63,116 bases of DNA, filler included, from Octopus bimaculoides (GCF_001194135.2; 7 parts of 7 records of this genome joined end to end with filler, not necessarily neighbours in it), one strand, 5' to 3'; positions 1 to 13,865 are shown, counted from the first letter of the whole stretch. Numbers and translations: made by a program. The notes: generated by a model not told the origin, from the sequence alone.

Positions 1-120
1 GAAGTGAATCTAACGGATTTTGTGTGTTATTTTAAATGGCTTATAAACACCTTCCACGCTGCAATTGTTTTCGTTCCAGCACACGATCTCAGATCAGGTC
101 ACTTGCTATGCAAGTACATC

Positions 121-155
<35 letters not shown>

Positions 156-169
156 GTATATGTATGTAT

Positions 170-372
170 ATGTTTGTGTGTCTGTTTGTCCCCCCAGCAT
201 CGCTTGACAACCGATGCTGGTGTGTTTGCATCCCCGTAACTTAGTGGTTCGGCAAAAGAGACGATAGAATAAGTACTAGGCTTACAAAGAATAAGTCCTG
301 GGGCTGATTTGCTCAACTATAAAGGCGGTGCTCCAGCGTGGCCGCAGTCAAAATGACTGAAACAAGCAAAAT
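170..372 (+). mobile_element. SINE family A, right arm
   Basis: Matches right arm of 54710-54920. Confidence 0.8.
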
Positions 373-384
373 AGTAAATATATA

Positions 385-824
385 GGCAGGAGAGATATGC
401 AGTAATATATATCTGGAAGATCCTAGAAGGGATTGTGCCAAATTTTGGCATTGAAAGCTACACAAATGCCAGAACAGGTTCCCACTGAATAGTGCCAAAG
501 ATCCTAGCAATGCTGTCATGCTTCAGGACCAGTTACTGCAACAGCTTTAGTTCTAGGGGCCCACAGCTTTTTTTAATATTCTCCCAAAGAGCCTGAGGGA
601 CCTACACAAACTGGATGTAGGTGTTTTCAAATCAAAACTGGATCTCTTCCTGTCAAGAGTCCCAGATGAACCTACCTCACGGCAGAAGATGCAAATGAGG
701 GTAGTGACATCAAACTCACTTATTCACCAAATGCCACATATCAAAGGAGGCTCTCAATAATAACAGTGTAGCAAAACGGTGGTGCCCCAGCATGGCCACA
801 GCTTTGAGCTGAAACTGATAAAAC

Positions 825-826
<2 letters not shown>
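385..826 (+). mobile_element. CR1-clade LINE 3' fragment
   Basis: Translates ERYAVIYIWKILEGIVPNFG...NSFSSRGPQL..NILPKSLRDL...FKSKLDLFLSRVPDEP (CR1 ORF2 C-terminus) with stops/frameshifts, then a 3' UTR ending GGTGGTGCCCCAGCATGGCC...GCTGAAAC. Confidence 0.75.
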
Positions 827-855
<29 letters not shown>

Positions 856-1281
856 ATCTATCCATCCCACACTCACAAACATACTCATACAACAGACACT
901 CAAAATAAGTGTAGTGTAATAGATCCAAATAACAGTTTCGTGAACTCAAGGAGACCTCTTTTGTGTAAGTGTTAGTTGTTTAGCCCCTCATCAGTCTTGA
1001 CTGAGTATACCTAAGACCAAAAGTGTTTTAACTACGACCATCTCATCTTTTATTCTGAAATAGAGCATCCAAAGCCACTTTATCCAATAATGAAAAATGT
1101 GATTTGAGGGAGATATTTGACTGCTACTAAAGGCAGGTCAAGTGATGTTGGGTTTACTGTAGCCTCTTCTACAAGGTTTAGTGGATAGTGTTAGTGGTCA
1201 TGACCACTGTGCTTATTGAAAAGTACTTGCCATGGAACTGAGGCGGAATTGGTGTGCACCTCCAGGTGGAGGTAGAGGTGT

Positions 1282-1299
<18 letters not shown>

Positions 1300-1317
<18 letters not shown>

Positions 1318-2083
1318 GCTTTGGTCATATTTCAGCTAAAGTTAGATCAGTGGAAGTGTGACAATAGAACAAGGGCAGACACCATACTGATCATGATCAC
1401 AAAGGCATTAAGTGTGTCTGTTTGCGGTAGACACCAGCTCAGCATTTGTAGAGGCAAAAACAGTTTTGTGACTCATCCATACTTCTGAGCAGATACACCC
1501 ATTTGATATAGAGAGAGGACAGTGAGGAAGAGATTTAAAATAAGTCACTCACTCAGCACAGACACCAAAGTGACAACTAGGGGGAGGGGATGGAAGTCAA
1601 GAGAACTGTTCCTTCCTCTTACATCATCCCCCACATCCATCCCTCAATCCTAAATTACTGTTCACCCTACTTATAAAGCAAGGACACCCCCCACTCTTCA
1701 ACTAGTAAAACAGGTTATAGAACCATTTTTTAAATGAGTGGGATGTTAAAAGTACAACACATACACACAATACAGTATATACATATATGTGTTGTCCCTA
1801 TATATATGCATGTATATACATGCGCACACATACAACCACACACGCGCACGCTTGTGTGTGTGTGTGTGCTCATATATGATTTTACTGACAGTTATTTAAA
1901 AAGTTTACTGGTAGTTTGTGTCGTCAAGACTAGTCTGACAACAAACTGGTGGTGAAACTTTGAAGTCACTGTCAATAAAAGTTAATAACATCTGGCTCTG
2001 AACCTGTAAAGAATCTTTTGTTCACTTTCTGTACAAAGCTTCTATAATTTTGCATTTTATTATAAAAACATCCTTTAACAACA

Positions 2084-2120
<37 letters not shown>

Positions 2121-2625
2121 GTTATAAAGTAAATCAAATGGATTTTTTTGTTGACAATAATGCCTTGGTCACAGGTTTCTTGAGGATGGTGTTGTGGAGG
2201 AAGAAAGTAAATTTGGGGTTAGTGAAGGACTATTTGGACAATTCACGCTGTCCACATCCAGCTTGAGTTGTCAGTCAGTAATCCATTGCTGCATTGTGTT
2301 CAGGTCAGATTACAGGAAAGATCTATAGTGTATTGGATCCTTTTCTTTTCTTTTTTTCATCTCAAGATACAGCTTAATGTCATTGGCATATTTTTTTAAC
2401 ACAGTAATATGCTTTGAGTTGGCATCTATTTTGTTAATATATGAAACAAAACAACAGGGACCCAAGAAGAGATTTTTCAGGGGTACCAGATATCACTGTG
2501 TGTAAGATGCTGAATATTTCCCTAGTACCACAATTACCACTTTTTGACTAAGAATGGAGACCTTCAACTAGTTATAGAAATTAGTCATCATGCCCAAAGC
2601 AGAAAGTTTCACCATAAGTCATAAG
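1300..2625 (-). mobile_element. Highly degraded CR1-type reverse transcriptase remnant
   Basis: Minus strand gives LGPCCFVSYINKID...KYANDIKLY (YADD-like), SDLNTMQQWITD.QLKL and RDQGIIVN motifs, interrupted by microsatellites. Confidence 0.5.
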
Positions 2626-2778
2626 GACTACATGTGTGTGCGTGTGTGTGTGTGTGTGTGTGCGTGTGTGTGTGCGTGTGTGTGTGCGTGTGTGTGTGCG
2701 TGTGTGTGTGTAACAAGAACTTCATATTCTCACAACTATGTACACCGACAAAAAAAAGCCTACTGTACCCCTCCATTT

Positions 2779-2822
<44 letters not shown>

Positions 2823-3914
2823 AAAAATTAATAAAGCAAACTCCATCACCACCCCCTGCAAAATATATAATTCAACCCCCACCACCACTCCCTGTATATT
2901 TCAGCCCTGACAACACTCCACACACCCCCAACCCTAATATAAGATTATAGGAACCAGATGGTCGTGAACATGGAGTGAGAATTATGTCATTGAAGAAGAA
3001 TATGCTAGGATTATACATACACGATTATATGCATGTATACATACATGAATGTGTGTGTGTGTGTGTGTGTGTGTTATATTTAAGTGGGGTGGGTGTGATA
3101 TGGGTGTGTATGTATGTGTGCATGCATGCATGTGAGTGCATATATATCAGAGTGAGCATATACACAAGTGTGTGCATGTTATGCATACATGTGAAAGAGA
3201 GNNNNNNNNNNNNNNNNNNNNNNNNNNNNNNNNNNNNNNNNNNNNNNNNNNNNNNNNNNNNNNNNNNNNNNNAGCGCGTGTGTGTGTGCATTCATTCATG
3301 TTTGAACATATGTGTATGTATACAAACACTCGCAGATGCACAAACCAGCAATAACAACAGCAGCAGTGGCAACAACATTGTCACCACCACCACCACCACC
3401 ACCGTCAGCAACATCTTCATGACGTGTGCAAAAAGTGGGTGACGGAGAGGTGGTATGGAGTTTATGTGGAGAGATGATAGCAATGGGATGAGGAGGAGAG
3501 ACAGCCATAACGCAGCTGTAACAACCCTACACTGTGCTCAACACTATATATACAACAGTATATATAGTGTTCAGCTGACCTGGAATATTGACCACATAAC
3601 TATATGAATATTCCTCATCATCATCATCATCAACCCATGGACATTATAGTCTCAAGTCTTGTTCCCACAGCACATAAGTGACCAAGATCACAGCATTCCA
3701 CCCTGAATAGGAACCTGCTCATTGCAGAGCTACTAACCTACAACTGAGTGGACAGGAGCAATGTAAAATTAGGTGTCCTGCTGAAGAACACAATGCACTT
3801 CCCAGCCCAGGAATTGAAACCACAACCTTGTGCTTTCACTACATAAATATTTCACCTGTCTAATTGAAGATAGCGACAGAGAAACTATTGATGATTTGGT
3901 TCCTAAAATATTCC

Positions 3915-4142
3915 TTAACCCTTTTGTTACCAACCTGGCTGAAACCATCTCTAGCTTTGTATTACAAATGTCGTTTTCATAAGTTTTGAATTAAAATCTT
4001 CCACCTAACCTGAGTCATAATTTATGTTCCTAACACAAGCTTAATGATAACTAAGTTATTTTACTAAATTCTTTGTTATATTTAAAATTAATTGAAAGAA
4101 ACACAGAGCATCTCAAAATAAATACAGTAACAAAAGGGTTAA
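3915..4142. mobile_element. piggyBac-like MITE
   Basis: TTAA|CCCTTTTGTTAC ... GTAACAAAAGGG|TTAA: terminal inverted repeats with TTAA target duplication. Confidence 0.8.
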
Positions 4143-4249
4143 TACATTTTACTTTCAATTAAATGCTCTTTTGAGAGATCACCAATAAAATTTAAGTAAT
4201 TCTGTGGCACGAGTCCAGCAATCTTTCTTTGTCTTTAGTAAATGGGGCA

Positions 4250-4430
4250 AGTAAGTTACATCAACCCCAATACTTAACTGGTACTTTATTTTATCAACCC
4301 CGAAAGCATGAAAGGCAAAGTTGACCTCAGTAGGATTTGAACCGAGAAGGTAAAGTGTCGGAAGAATATACCACTAAGTACTTGTCTGCCACAATAATGA
4401 TTCCATCAGCTCACCACTTTAAAATGTAAT
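4250..4430 (-). mobile_element. SINE family B, degenerate
   Basis: GAAAGGCAAAGTTGACCTC...GATTTGAACC motif. Confidence 0.65.
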
Positions 4431-5781
4431 TAAATAATAAGGATACAATTTTAGATATACTTGAGGGAGTTTGTTTGTTTGTTTTTTATCTGGAATGGTA
4501 AATGCATAAAAACTCTGAAATTCTATCTCACAACCAACTTGAAGAAAGAAAATCTGTTAATGATTGATAAATTGATATTGACAGTATCACATATTCCTGG
4601 CAGGTAAAAAGGAAGCATTGCATTTACTCTTAACTAACAGGAGAGTGCGAATAAATGCCACAGCAAAAAATACTGAACTGCATCAAATGTTCAGAGAGAG
4701 TTAATAAGAAGAAGGTTGCAAAAATAGAAGAAAATTAAATGAACCAACATGAAGGAAATGCTATGAAGTTGCACTATAGGCACAAACTTACTATTTAATT
4801 TGTATCAAGAGCTGATATAGCAGCATGGCTGTGTGGTTAAAATGCTTGCTTTCCAAACATGTGCTCTTGGGTTCAGTCTCAACACACAGCACCTAGGGCA
4901 AATATCTTTTACTATAGCACTAGTCTGACCAAAGCCTTGTGAGAGGATTTGGTAGATGGAAACTGAAAGAAGCTCATTGTGTGTGTGCTCTTGTCTAGAT
5001 ATCATGTGATGGTTGTGAATAAACATCATCATGACACAAGCGAGGTTGTTCATTTCCAGTCTTCCATGAAAAACGTAGCTATGGGAAAAGAATTACCTTG
5101 CTTGGAAACAGGTGAGAGTTGGTGTCAGAAAGAGCATCCAGCCACAAAAAAATCTTATCTCAACAAATTTACAGCTAATCCATAGAAGTACGGAAAAGTG
5201 GACATTAAAGAACGGTGATGGTGGTGATGATGATGATTATTATCAGAAAGGGAATGAGGGATGGAGGAAGTGCTAATTATTTCACCTCGCCAGTATTCTT
5301 TGACTGCCATTTGAAGAAGTAATAATTCTCTTCTGGTGATTGTGTTGACAACCATTTGTCAATAATTCATAGAAACACACTTCTGTACAACAGTATAATA
5401 TGCAATTTGATATTTCATATATATCCTCATAGCATATTAAAATACATTTAGTTGTAGAGTCTTGTGGGAATTTAGTGACAACAAATATGAATCACAACAT
5501 ACTCTTGGCGCAGTGGAATTGATGTGGTTCGCATACAATACATAAATGCATAAAATAATTTCAGAGAGACACACGCACACACACGTTTTGATATAATGTA
5601 AACTGAGACTTACAATGTATTAACTTGTTTGAATCCTGGTTGCTGACATTGAAATCAGATAAAGTATAAGTGAGAAGATAAATATTAATATACAAAGAGG
5701 GAGACTGGTTGATAGATAGAAATGTGATCAGTCGACTTGCTAGAAATAGCAACCAAATCCTCTCAATTACAGTCCACTTCA

Positions 5782-6012
5782 TTAACCCTTTAGCATTTAA
5801 ACTGCTACATCCAGTCAAAATATTCTACTCGCTTTATATTCAAACCAGCTAGATCCAACCTCTCATACTTACCCTACAACGTCATTCTAAAAACAAACAA
5901 TCACATCATCGAAATAAATCCTGAAGTTATGAGACAATGCATGATTAATTCAAAATGATGTGAATAATTAAGCATTACATTTGACAGAATAATCTGGACA
6001 CTAAAGGGTTGA
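5782..6012. mobile_element. piggyBac-like MITE (second family)
   Basis: TTAA|CCCTTTAG ... CTAAAGGG|TTGA: short TIRs, one TSD copy mutated. Confidence 0.65.
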
Positions 6013-6786
6013 AGAAAGGGATACAGTGGACAATTTAATTTAAAATACTTTAAGATAGGATGGTCATGGTTAGAATGTCTCTGATCATGGAACAGCTCTA
6101 TTAGTGCTGAGAAACATGATCTAACAAGGGAACAGTTAGTTCAAATGCTAAACATTCCAGTCAAATCTCCAAACCACACCCTATACTACAATAAGGACAT
6201 TTTGGATAGTGTGGGCTTGGACAAAAGATGGCATGATAGGGACTAGAATGCTTTTAATCATATGTCTGCTCAATCATGACTAATGTGTGACATGTCGTGT
6301 TGGTGGGCCCCAAAAGTTACTTCACCATGGCAACAGTATATATAGTGTTCAGCTGACCTAGAACACTGACCACACATCAACTATATGAATATTCCTCATC
6401 ATTGTCATCATCATCAACCCCTGGACCTTATAGACTCAAGTCCAGTTCCCACAGCACATAAGTGACCAAGATCACAACCTCGTATAGCATGGCAATTCAT
6501 CAGTAAAAACTGAAAGAAATCTGTCCCATACACACATACACGTGTGTCTACATGTCTGTCTATCTGTGTATGTATGTATATACTTTGTATGTTTTGCCAA
6601 AAATTGCTGAACTACAACGAGTGACATTGAAATTTCTCCCATCAACAAGTCGTCTGCTGGTTTGCACCTTGAAATACATGTTGAATAAGAGATCCCCTGC
6701 TTGAAAAACCAATAAGAACAGCTGGCTATAAAACAATGTCTCCATAATATGTTTCTCTAACCAATGCTGGCATGGTAAAACATAAA

Positions 6787-6990
6787 TACAGTAATCCCCC
6801 GATTCTCATGGGTGTTACGTTCCAAAACACTACGCAATAGGTGAAAATCCGCGAAGTAGAAACAGTCCTGTATATTTTTTTTATTTCTATAATTTGTATA
6901 TATATATTTTATTATAAATGCAAAACAATACCATGGAGGAATCAACATAAGCTTGAATAATAAACCGCAATATGGCAAGGAATTACTGTA
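6787..6990. mobile_element. pogo/Tigger-like MITE
   Basis: TA|CAGTAATCCCC ... GGAATTACTG|TA: TA TSD and CAGTAAT-type TIRs. Confidence 0.7.
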
Positions 6991-7130
6991 CACACACACA
7001 CACACACGAGAAAGACACATTAGAGTCTCTTATACAAAACTAATAAGTTACAGGAACTTGAACCAATACCAGTTGTCAAGCAGTGGTGGGAGACAAACAC
7101 AAAAGTAAAGAGACACACACACACATACGA

Positions 7131-7421
7131 TCGTGAGGTTGTGAGTTCAATTCCTGGACCAGGCTGCATGTTGTGTTCTTGAACAAGACACTTTATTTCA
7201 CGTTGCTCCAGTTCACTCAGCTTTAGAAATGGGTTGCAACATCACTGGTGCCAAGCTGTATCAGCCTTTGCCCTTCCCTTGGATAATATCAATGGCATGG
7301 AGAGGGGAGGTTGGTATGCATGGGCAACTGCTGGTCTTCCGTAAACAACCTTGCCCAGGCTTGTGCCTCAGAGGGTAACTTTCTAGGTGCAATCCCATAG
7401 TCATTCATGACCAAAGGGGGT

Positions 7422-7426
<5 letters not shown>
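7131..7426 (+). mobile_element. SINE family C (tRNA-derived, GTGTTCTTGAACAAGACAC core); inverted copies at about 3690-3845 and 31870-32120
   Basis: GAGTTCAATTCC B box and shared body with the other copies. Confidence 0.65.
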
Positions 7427-7458
<32 letters not shown>

Positions 7459-7844
7459 AAATCGTCCAACCCATGCTAGCATGGAAAGCGGACATTAAAC
7501 GACGACGACAATACGTACAGACATNNNNNNNNNNNNNNNNNNNNNNNNNNNNNNNNNNNNNNNNNNNNNNNNNNNNNNNNNNNNNNNNNNNNNNNNNNNN
7601 NNNNNNNNNNNNNNNNNNNNNNNNNNNNNNNNNNNNNNNNNNNNNNNNNNNNNNNNNNNNNNNNNNNNNNNNNNNNNNNNNNNNNNNNNNNNNNNNNNNN
7701 NNNNNNNNNNNNNNNNNNNNNNNNNNNNNNNNNNNNNNNNNNNNNNNNNNNNNNNNNNNNNNNNNNNNNNNNNNNNNNNNNNNNNNNNNNNNNNNNNNNN
7801 NNNNNNNNNNNNNNNNNNNNNNNNNNNNNNNNNNNNNNNNNNNN

Positions 7845-7876
<32 letters not shown>

Positions 7877-8737
7877 AAATCGTCCAACCCATGCTAGCAT
7901 GGAAGGCGGACGTTAAACGATGATGATGATGATGATATATATATATGACAAGCTTCTTTCAATTTCTGTCTTCCAAATCCATTTATAAGATTTTGCCAGC
8001 CTGAGGCTATAGTAGAAGACACTTGCCTAAGGTGTCACACAGAGGAACTGAATCTGGAACCATGAGGTTGGGAAGCAAACTTCTCACCACACAACCATGC
8101 CTGCACCTATATACAAAAGAATTATCGATCATGGTCAACCTCGGACCAAAAAAAAAAAAAAAACAACCAGAAATGTTCCCAACCAACAATGCATCCCCCA
8201 AGGCAATGACTTAGAACCCTTCTCTGTCATTCACCTTCTCAATCTGATGTATTTCTCCAATCCCTCTTCTTCCCCTACAAAAACATACACTAAATAATCC
8301 CCGCATACAAAGAGCCCATGTTACTGCAAAAATGCTTCCTTTAAGATAGCGTGTTAGCACATGTGTGTGTATGTGTGTGTGTGTGTCATTATCATTTCCT
8401 GCCCGCATTCCATGCTTAATGCCAAGTAAATATATTATTTCAAGTCAAAAATTTCATTATAAGATACTACGGAGTTTCTTCACACTGCAATGGCCTTGAG
8501 GTAACCATTGACATATCTGGATATGTATTTGGATGTAGAAACAAGAGGAAACAAAAAAAAAAATAATAATAATAATAACTTCATCTTGAGGAATATGATT
8601 CAATGGTGAAACTCTGAGAAGTAACAAAAGCAGAACCTCATCTCTGAGGAATATAATACATGCAATAAAAGTTAAATATGTATGTAAATATATTCATATA
8701 TGCAAGTGGATGTATGTAAATATATGTGTGTATGCAT

Positions 8738-8769
<32 letters not shown>

Positions 8770-10992
8770 GTGCATGTGATTGTACATATATACACACACA
8801 AGTAAATAAACTCATATACACACACACCCTACAGAACTTGGAAAAACCCAAACAATATAAAGAAATTGTAGGAATTGTAGTTTTGCATTAGCCATACCTG
8901 GAGTGGTTCCTGTTGTCCAACAAACTAGTCACACAATACTTGAGTGAGACAGCACACGAATTAATGAAACAGGGGCTAAAATCAACATCCAAATAATTAG
9001 TGGAGAACTGACCATACGGTGGGGGGGGGGGGCAGTGCAGCTTTGGTACTGTCAGACTGTGATGATATTTGAGGTTGTAAAACTGTGGTGCTGTGTCGCT
9101 TTAGCACTTCCATCCAGTAAGGATACACTTTCAAAGTATTAACGTACGGGAATTAATAATGTCTCCTCTTCAACACTAATGCCTCCGATGACATCTTGAC
9201 TTTTACAATCACCACCGCCACCACTAACATTTTTGCTTCTACCACTACCCATATGAGATAATGTGGTCCTGAATGCACTATGCCTGAAAACAGACAGGAT
9301 GGTTATGGCTGGAACACCTTTGATCACAGGTCTGCTTGATCAGGGTTAACTTGGAGGCTAGTTAAATATATCCTCATCACAAACACCATCACTGCTACCA
9401 CCAACATCAATCATCAACCAATCTCTGCATAGTCGCTCAATCTGTTAGGATTAGCAATCAAATCTTGTCCTAAAACAAGGAGGCATTAGAAAATGTAGTT
9501 CCAGACACTTCCTAAAATGGGATGGTCATGGCACAAGTGTCTTTGGGCTGTACCATTACTACTCACATCACCATCACCAACATCATCGCTACTAACATAT
9601 AAACTGCCACTAAACATCAATATGACCATCACCATGTAAAACAATTATAACCCCTTACCATCACCACTGTGTTTGTAATGATGGTGGTAGTTTAAAGAGA
9701 GACATTTATCTATTAATTAAGAGGGGATAATTAAAAACTTATTAAGGAAAGGTCAATAGTTTCTGGAATTGGCAAAATGGAATGTCTTTGCTGTATTAAA
9801 GACTTTCCACAATCTTCTGAACTTTAGCTTCCAGAGTTCAAATCACACCAAAGTTGATATTATATTTTAGTCTATCTCTGGGCTAATGCGAGAAGAGCTG
9901 ACAACGAAATGCCTCATGGTGTTTCATTATGCCTCGTTTACACATCCCTCCCCAACAAAACATACACAACATTGTGCTCGTATAAAAGATTATTATTATT
10001 ATTATTATTATTAAGGTAGTGAGCTGGCAGAATTGTTAACACACTGAGTTCAAATTCTGCCAAGGTCGACTTGCTCTGTAACTTGTGAAGACAAGTCGAA
10101 CAACAACAAAAATTCTTTATTCTTGAAAAACAAATAAAGGTCGGTGGCAGGAAGAGCATCCAGACATAAAATACTAAGCCATCAGATTCCTAGTAACGGA
10201 ACACTCAAAATCACTGAGGTGTATGACCCTTATATTATATTACTCTCTGACACACCTTCATCTACATTGCATTCAGCCCCAACCCCAAGGACCTGCAAAG
10301 GCCATGAATACTGCTTTTCCCCCAGACCTAGCAGGTAAAATAATACTGATGATGGTGATGATGATGACAGATAATCAACATCACCGTTACAGCTACCACT
10401 ACTACAATCACTAAACACTATCACTACTACACTTCTTAATACCTCAAACAAATAATGGCTACTTATTTTAACTTCTAGGCATCTATGCGTGTGTATACAA
10501 TGTATGCATATGTATTTGTGGGATGTATAGCATGCACACATATACATACATACACTCACACACACACATATATACATACATATATATATATGTATATATA
10601 NNNNNNNNNNNNNNNNNNNNNNNNNNNNNNNNNNNNNNNNNNNNNNNNNNNNNNNNNNNNNNNNNNNNNNNNNNNNNNNNNNNNNNNNNNNNNNNNNNNN
10701 NNNNNNNNNNNNNNNNNNNNNNNNNNNNNNNNNNNNNNNNNNNNNNNNNNNNNNNNNNNNNNNNNNNNNNNNNNNNNNNNNNNNNNNNNNNNNNNNNNNN
10801 NNNNNNNNNNNNNNNNNNNNNNNNNNNNNNNNNNNNNNNNNNNNNNNNNNNNNNNNNNNNNNNNNNNNNNNNNNNNNNNNNNNNNNNNNNNNNNNNNNNN
10901 NNNNNNNNNNNNNNNNNNNNNNNNNNNNNNNNNNNNNNNNNNNNNNNNNNNNNNNNNNNNNNNNNNNNNNNNTGGAAAGCGGACGTCAAACA

Positions 10993-11036
<44 letters not shown>

Positions 11037-11092
11037 ATATATATATATATATATATATAAACTTTTTTTTTCTTTGTAGTTTCAGCTCAGAG

Positions 11093-11365
11093 CTGTTGTT
11101 GCCAGTGCTGCATAACCTGGCTCCCCTTGCCGGTGGCACATAAAAAGCACCATCCGAACGTGGCTGATACCAGTGCCACCTCACTGGCTCCTGTGTCGAT
11201 GGTACGTAAAAAGCCCCCACTACACTACATTAGGAAGGGCATCCAGCTGTAGAAACATAGCCACATCAGATTGGAGCCTGATGCAGCTCCTGGCTTGCCA
11301 GTCCCCAGTCAAACCGTTCAACCCATGCTAGCATGGAAAAACGGATGTTAAATGATGATGATGAT
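11093..11365 (+). mobile_element. SINE-like element with GGAAGGGCATCCAGC domain and RTE-type tail ending (GAT)n
   Basis: Tail CAACCCATGCTAGCATGGAAA.CGGATGTTAAATGATGATG recurs at about 7456, 7873, 10972, 34565(-), 34720 and 35830. Confidence 0.65.
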
Positions 11366-13569
11366 ATGTATATATGCGTCTACGATTGACTTCGGAATGG
11401 TTAGTTTTCATTGTTTTTTTCTTCTTGTTTTTGCCTTTGTGAGTTACAAGTAATGCTATCTGTTGGAGTCTCAGCTTTTTTAGCTGCTATTTCTGAACTT
11501 CGGTATATGGTGAAGCAAATATTTGCTGATCCCTTAATTATGTTTATAAATATATATGAACTTTTAAATAAGTTCTCCACCGATAATGGTGCTTACATAC
11601 CGAAGGGCTTGGTAAAAATTATTAATTGTTGATTTATTAATAAATTAATAAATTGATAANNNNNNNNNNNNNNNNNNNNNNNNNNNNNNNNNNNNNNNNN
11701 NNNNNNNNNNNNNNNNNNNNNNNNNNNNNNNNNNNNNNNNNNNNNNNNNNNNNNNNNNNNNNNNNNNNNNNNNNNNNNNNNNNNNNNNNNNNNNNNNNNN
11801 NNNNNNNNNNNNNNNNNNNNNNNNNNNNNNNNNNNNNNNNNNNNNNNNNNNNNNNNNNNNNNNNNNNNNNNNNNNNNNNNNNNNNNNNNNNNNNNNNNNN
11901 NNNNNNNNNNNNNNNNNNNNNNNNNNNNNNNNNNNNNNNNNNNNNNNNNNNNNNNNNNNNNNNNNNNNNNNNNNNNNNNNNNNNNNNNNNNNNNNNNNNN
12001 NNNNNNNNNNNNNNNNNNNNNNNNNNNNNNNNNNNNNNNNNNNNNNNNNNNNNNNNNNNNNNNNNNNNNNNNNNNNNNNNNNNNNNNNNNNNNNNNNNNN
12101 NNNNNNNNNNNNNNNNNNNNNNNNNNNNNNNNNNNNNNNNNNNNNNNNNNNNNNNNNNNNNNNNNNNNNNNNNNNNNNNNNNNNNNNNNNNNNNNNNNNN
12201 NTTGCTCTACTTGAATCAGAATCAATTCTCTCTCAAATCACAGCTTTCTTTCTTAAAAAAAAAAGGGAAGACACATTGGATAGCGTAGTCCTAGGTATAC
12301 TAGGTCTAATCCAAAGATGGATTGTTTGGAACCTCTGATCATAAGTCTGTTAGGGTCAGAGTTGACCTGATATGATCTCAATATGGATGCTTAACCAGCT
12401 AGAAATAGCAGCTACAAAATCTCCCACAAATCGTAATTATTGGTCTTAATACTAAAAAGATCTCATGAAATAGAGTAATCATAGAAATACTGAATAAGCA
12501 GGAGTGGTCACAGTTGGAACGCTTTTGATATATATAAAGATCTATCTGCTCAGTCAATGTTGAGATGGGACCAAACAACACCACTACAACCACCACCACC
12601 ATCATTGTCACCACCAGTAACAATAACATTCAACATAATCATTACATTTGGAGTCTTTTCGATCTTTTGAGTGGATTTGGTAGATGGAAACTGAAAGAAG
12701 CCCATCGTCTTTACGTGTCTGTGTGTCTGTCTGTTTGTTTTCCTTTGTCTTGATATATCATGTGATATTTTATGAGTGTCACTGTCATAGAACCAAGGTC
12801 ATTCATGTCCAATATTCTGCAAGAACATGTCTGGCCATGAGGAAATATTTCTTTGCTTGGAAACCAGTAAGGGTTGCCATAGTAAATCTGCCCCAATAAA
12901 TTCTGTCCAACTAATGAGAGCATGGAAAAGTAGATGTTAAAACGATGTTGATGATGATGATGATGTCTTATGATGGTGGTAAACAGAAATTGAAAGTGCA
13001 TAGAAGAAAACTGGAGGAGGAATATATAAACACACAGATACATATACACACAACAGAAATGTTATAGGAGTGGAGTTGAGTTGAGTTGAGTTGAGTTGAG
13101 TTTTAGTTCAGTTATGAGTAAGAACTTTTTAATCTGGACTCACAAGAAATTCTTTTAGTTTTGTTATTTGGGTTTATTTAGTTTTACTGCGGTTGTTGTT
13201 TTTTTTCTTCTTTTATTATTATTATTTTATTTTTGGCAAAGATTAAAAAAATTCATTTTTAGCAGGTATTTTTGGCAATATTCCTGACAGCAATTCAAGA
13301 TGGAACTCTTACACACTATCAGCTTTGATGATGTTCTACCCACTGTAAATGGATCATTGTTTACACAATTCCAGTGGTGCAAGTGGGTAGACAGGGGGTG
13401 GTGTGGTCTGCTATCTCTGTGTCAGGTCAACTTTTACTGTTTCTAATTCAGCTCCAACACCTAACCACCTCTACTGGCTACATGTGCTGATTAAGGCAAA
13501 ATTTGGTATAATTATATCTCCTTCGTTCAGTTCATTAACACGTTTTTTTCAATCTTCCTCCGCAGCCAT

Positions 13570-13865
13570 TGTAACACAGCTATCCACATCCCCAGTAACT
13601 GTAATATAACTGATCACATCACTCCCTTGTAACACACACTACCACCAACACCCTAGCCACTGTAACACGCACACACACACACACAAACCATCACCCAATC
13701 ACTGCAGCTTATACACCAACCACCTCAGTCACTGTAACACACACATACTCTTCCAGTTGTAATACACACCACTATAACATATACATGTACCACCCCAACT
13801 ACTGTAACCCATACACCACTGTAAAACACACACACACACACACACACCACTCCAGTCACTGAAAC
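13570..13865. repeat. Degenerate minisatellite built on CCAGTCACTGTAACACACAC-like units
   Basis: Repeated CACTGTAA/CAGTCACTG motifs separated by CA/CAC runs. Confidence 0.6.

Noticed and set aside
13262-13345. hAT-like TRWNS motif (IPDSNSRWNSY)
   Set aside because: Single short motif, stop codon soon after, no TIRs or other hAT motifs nearby.
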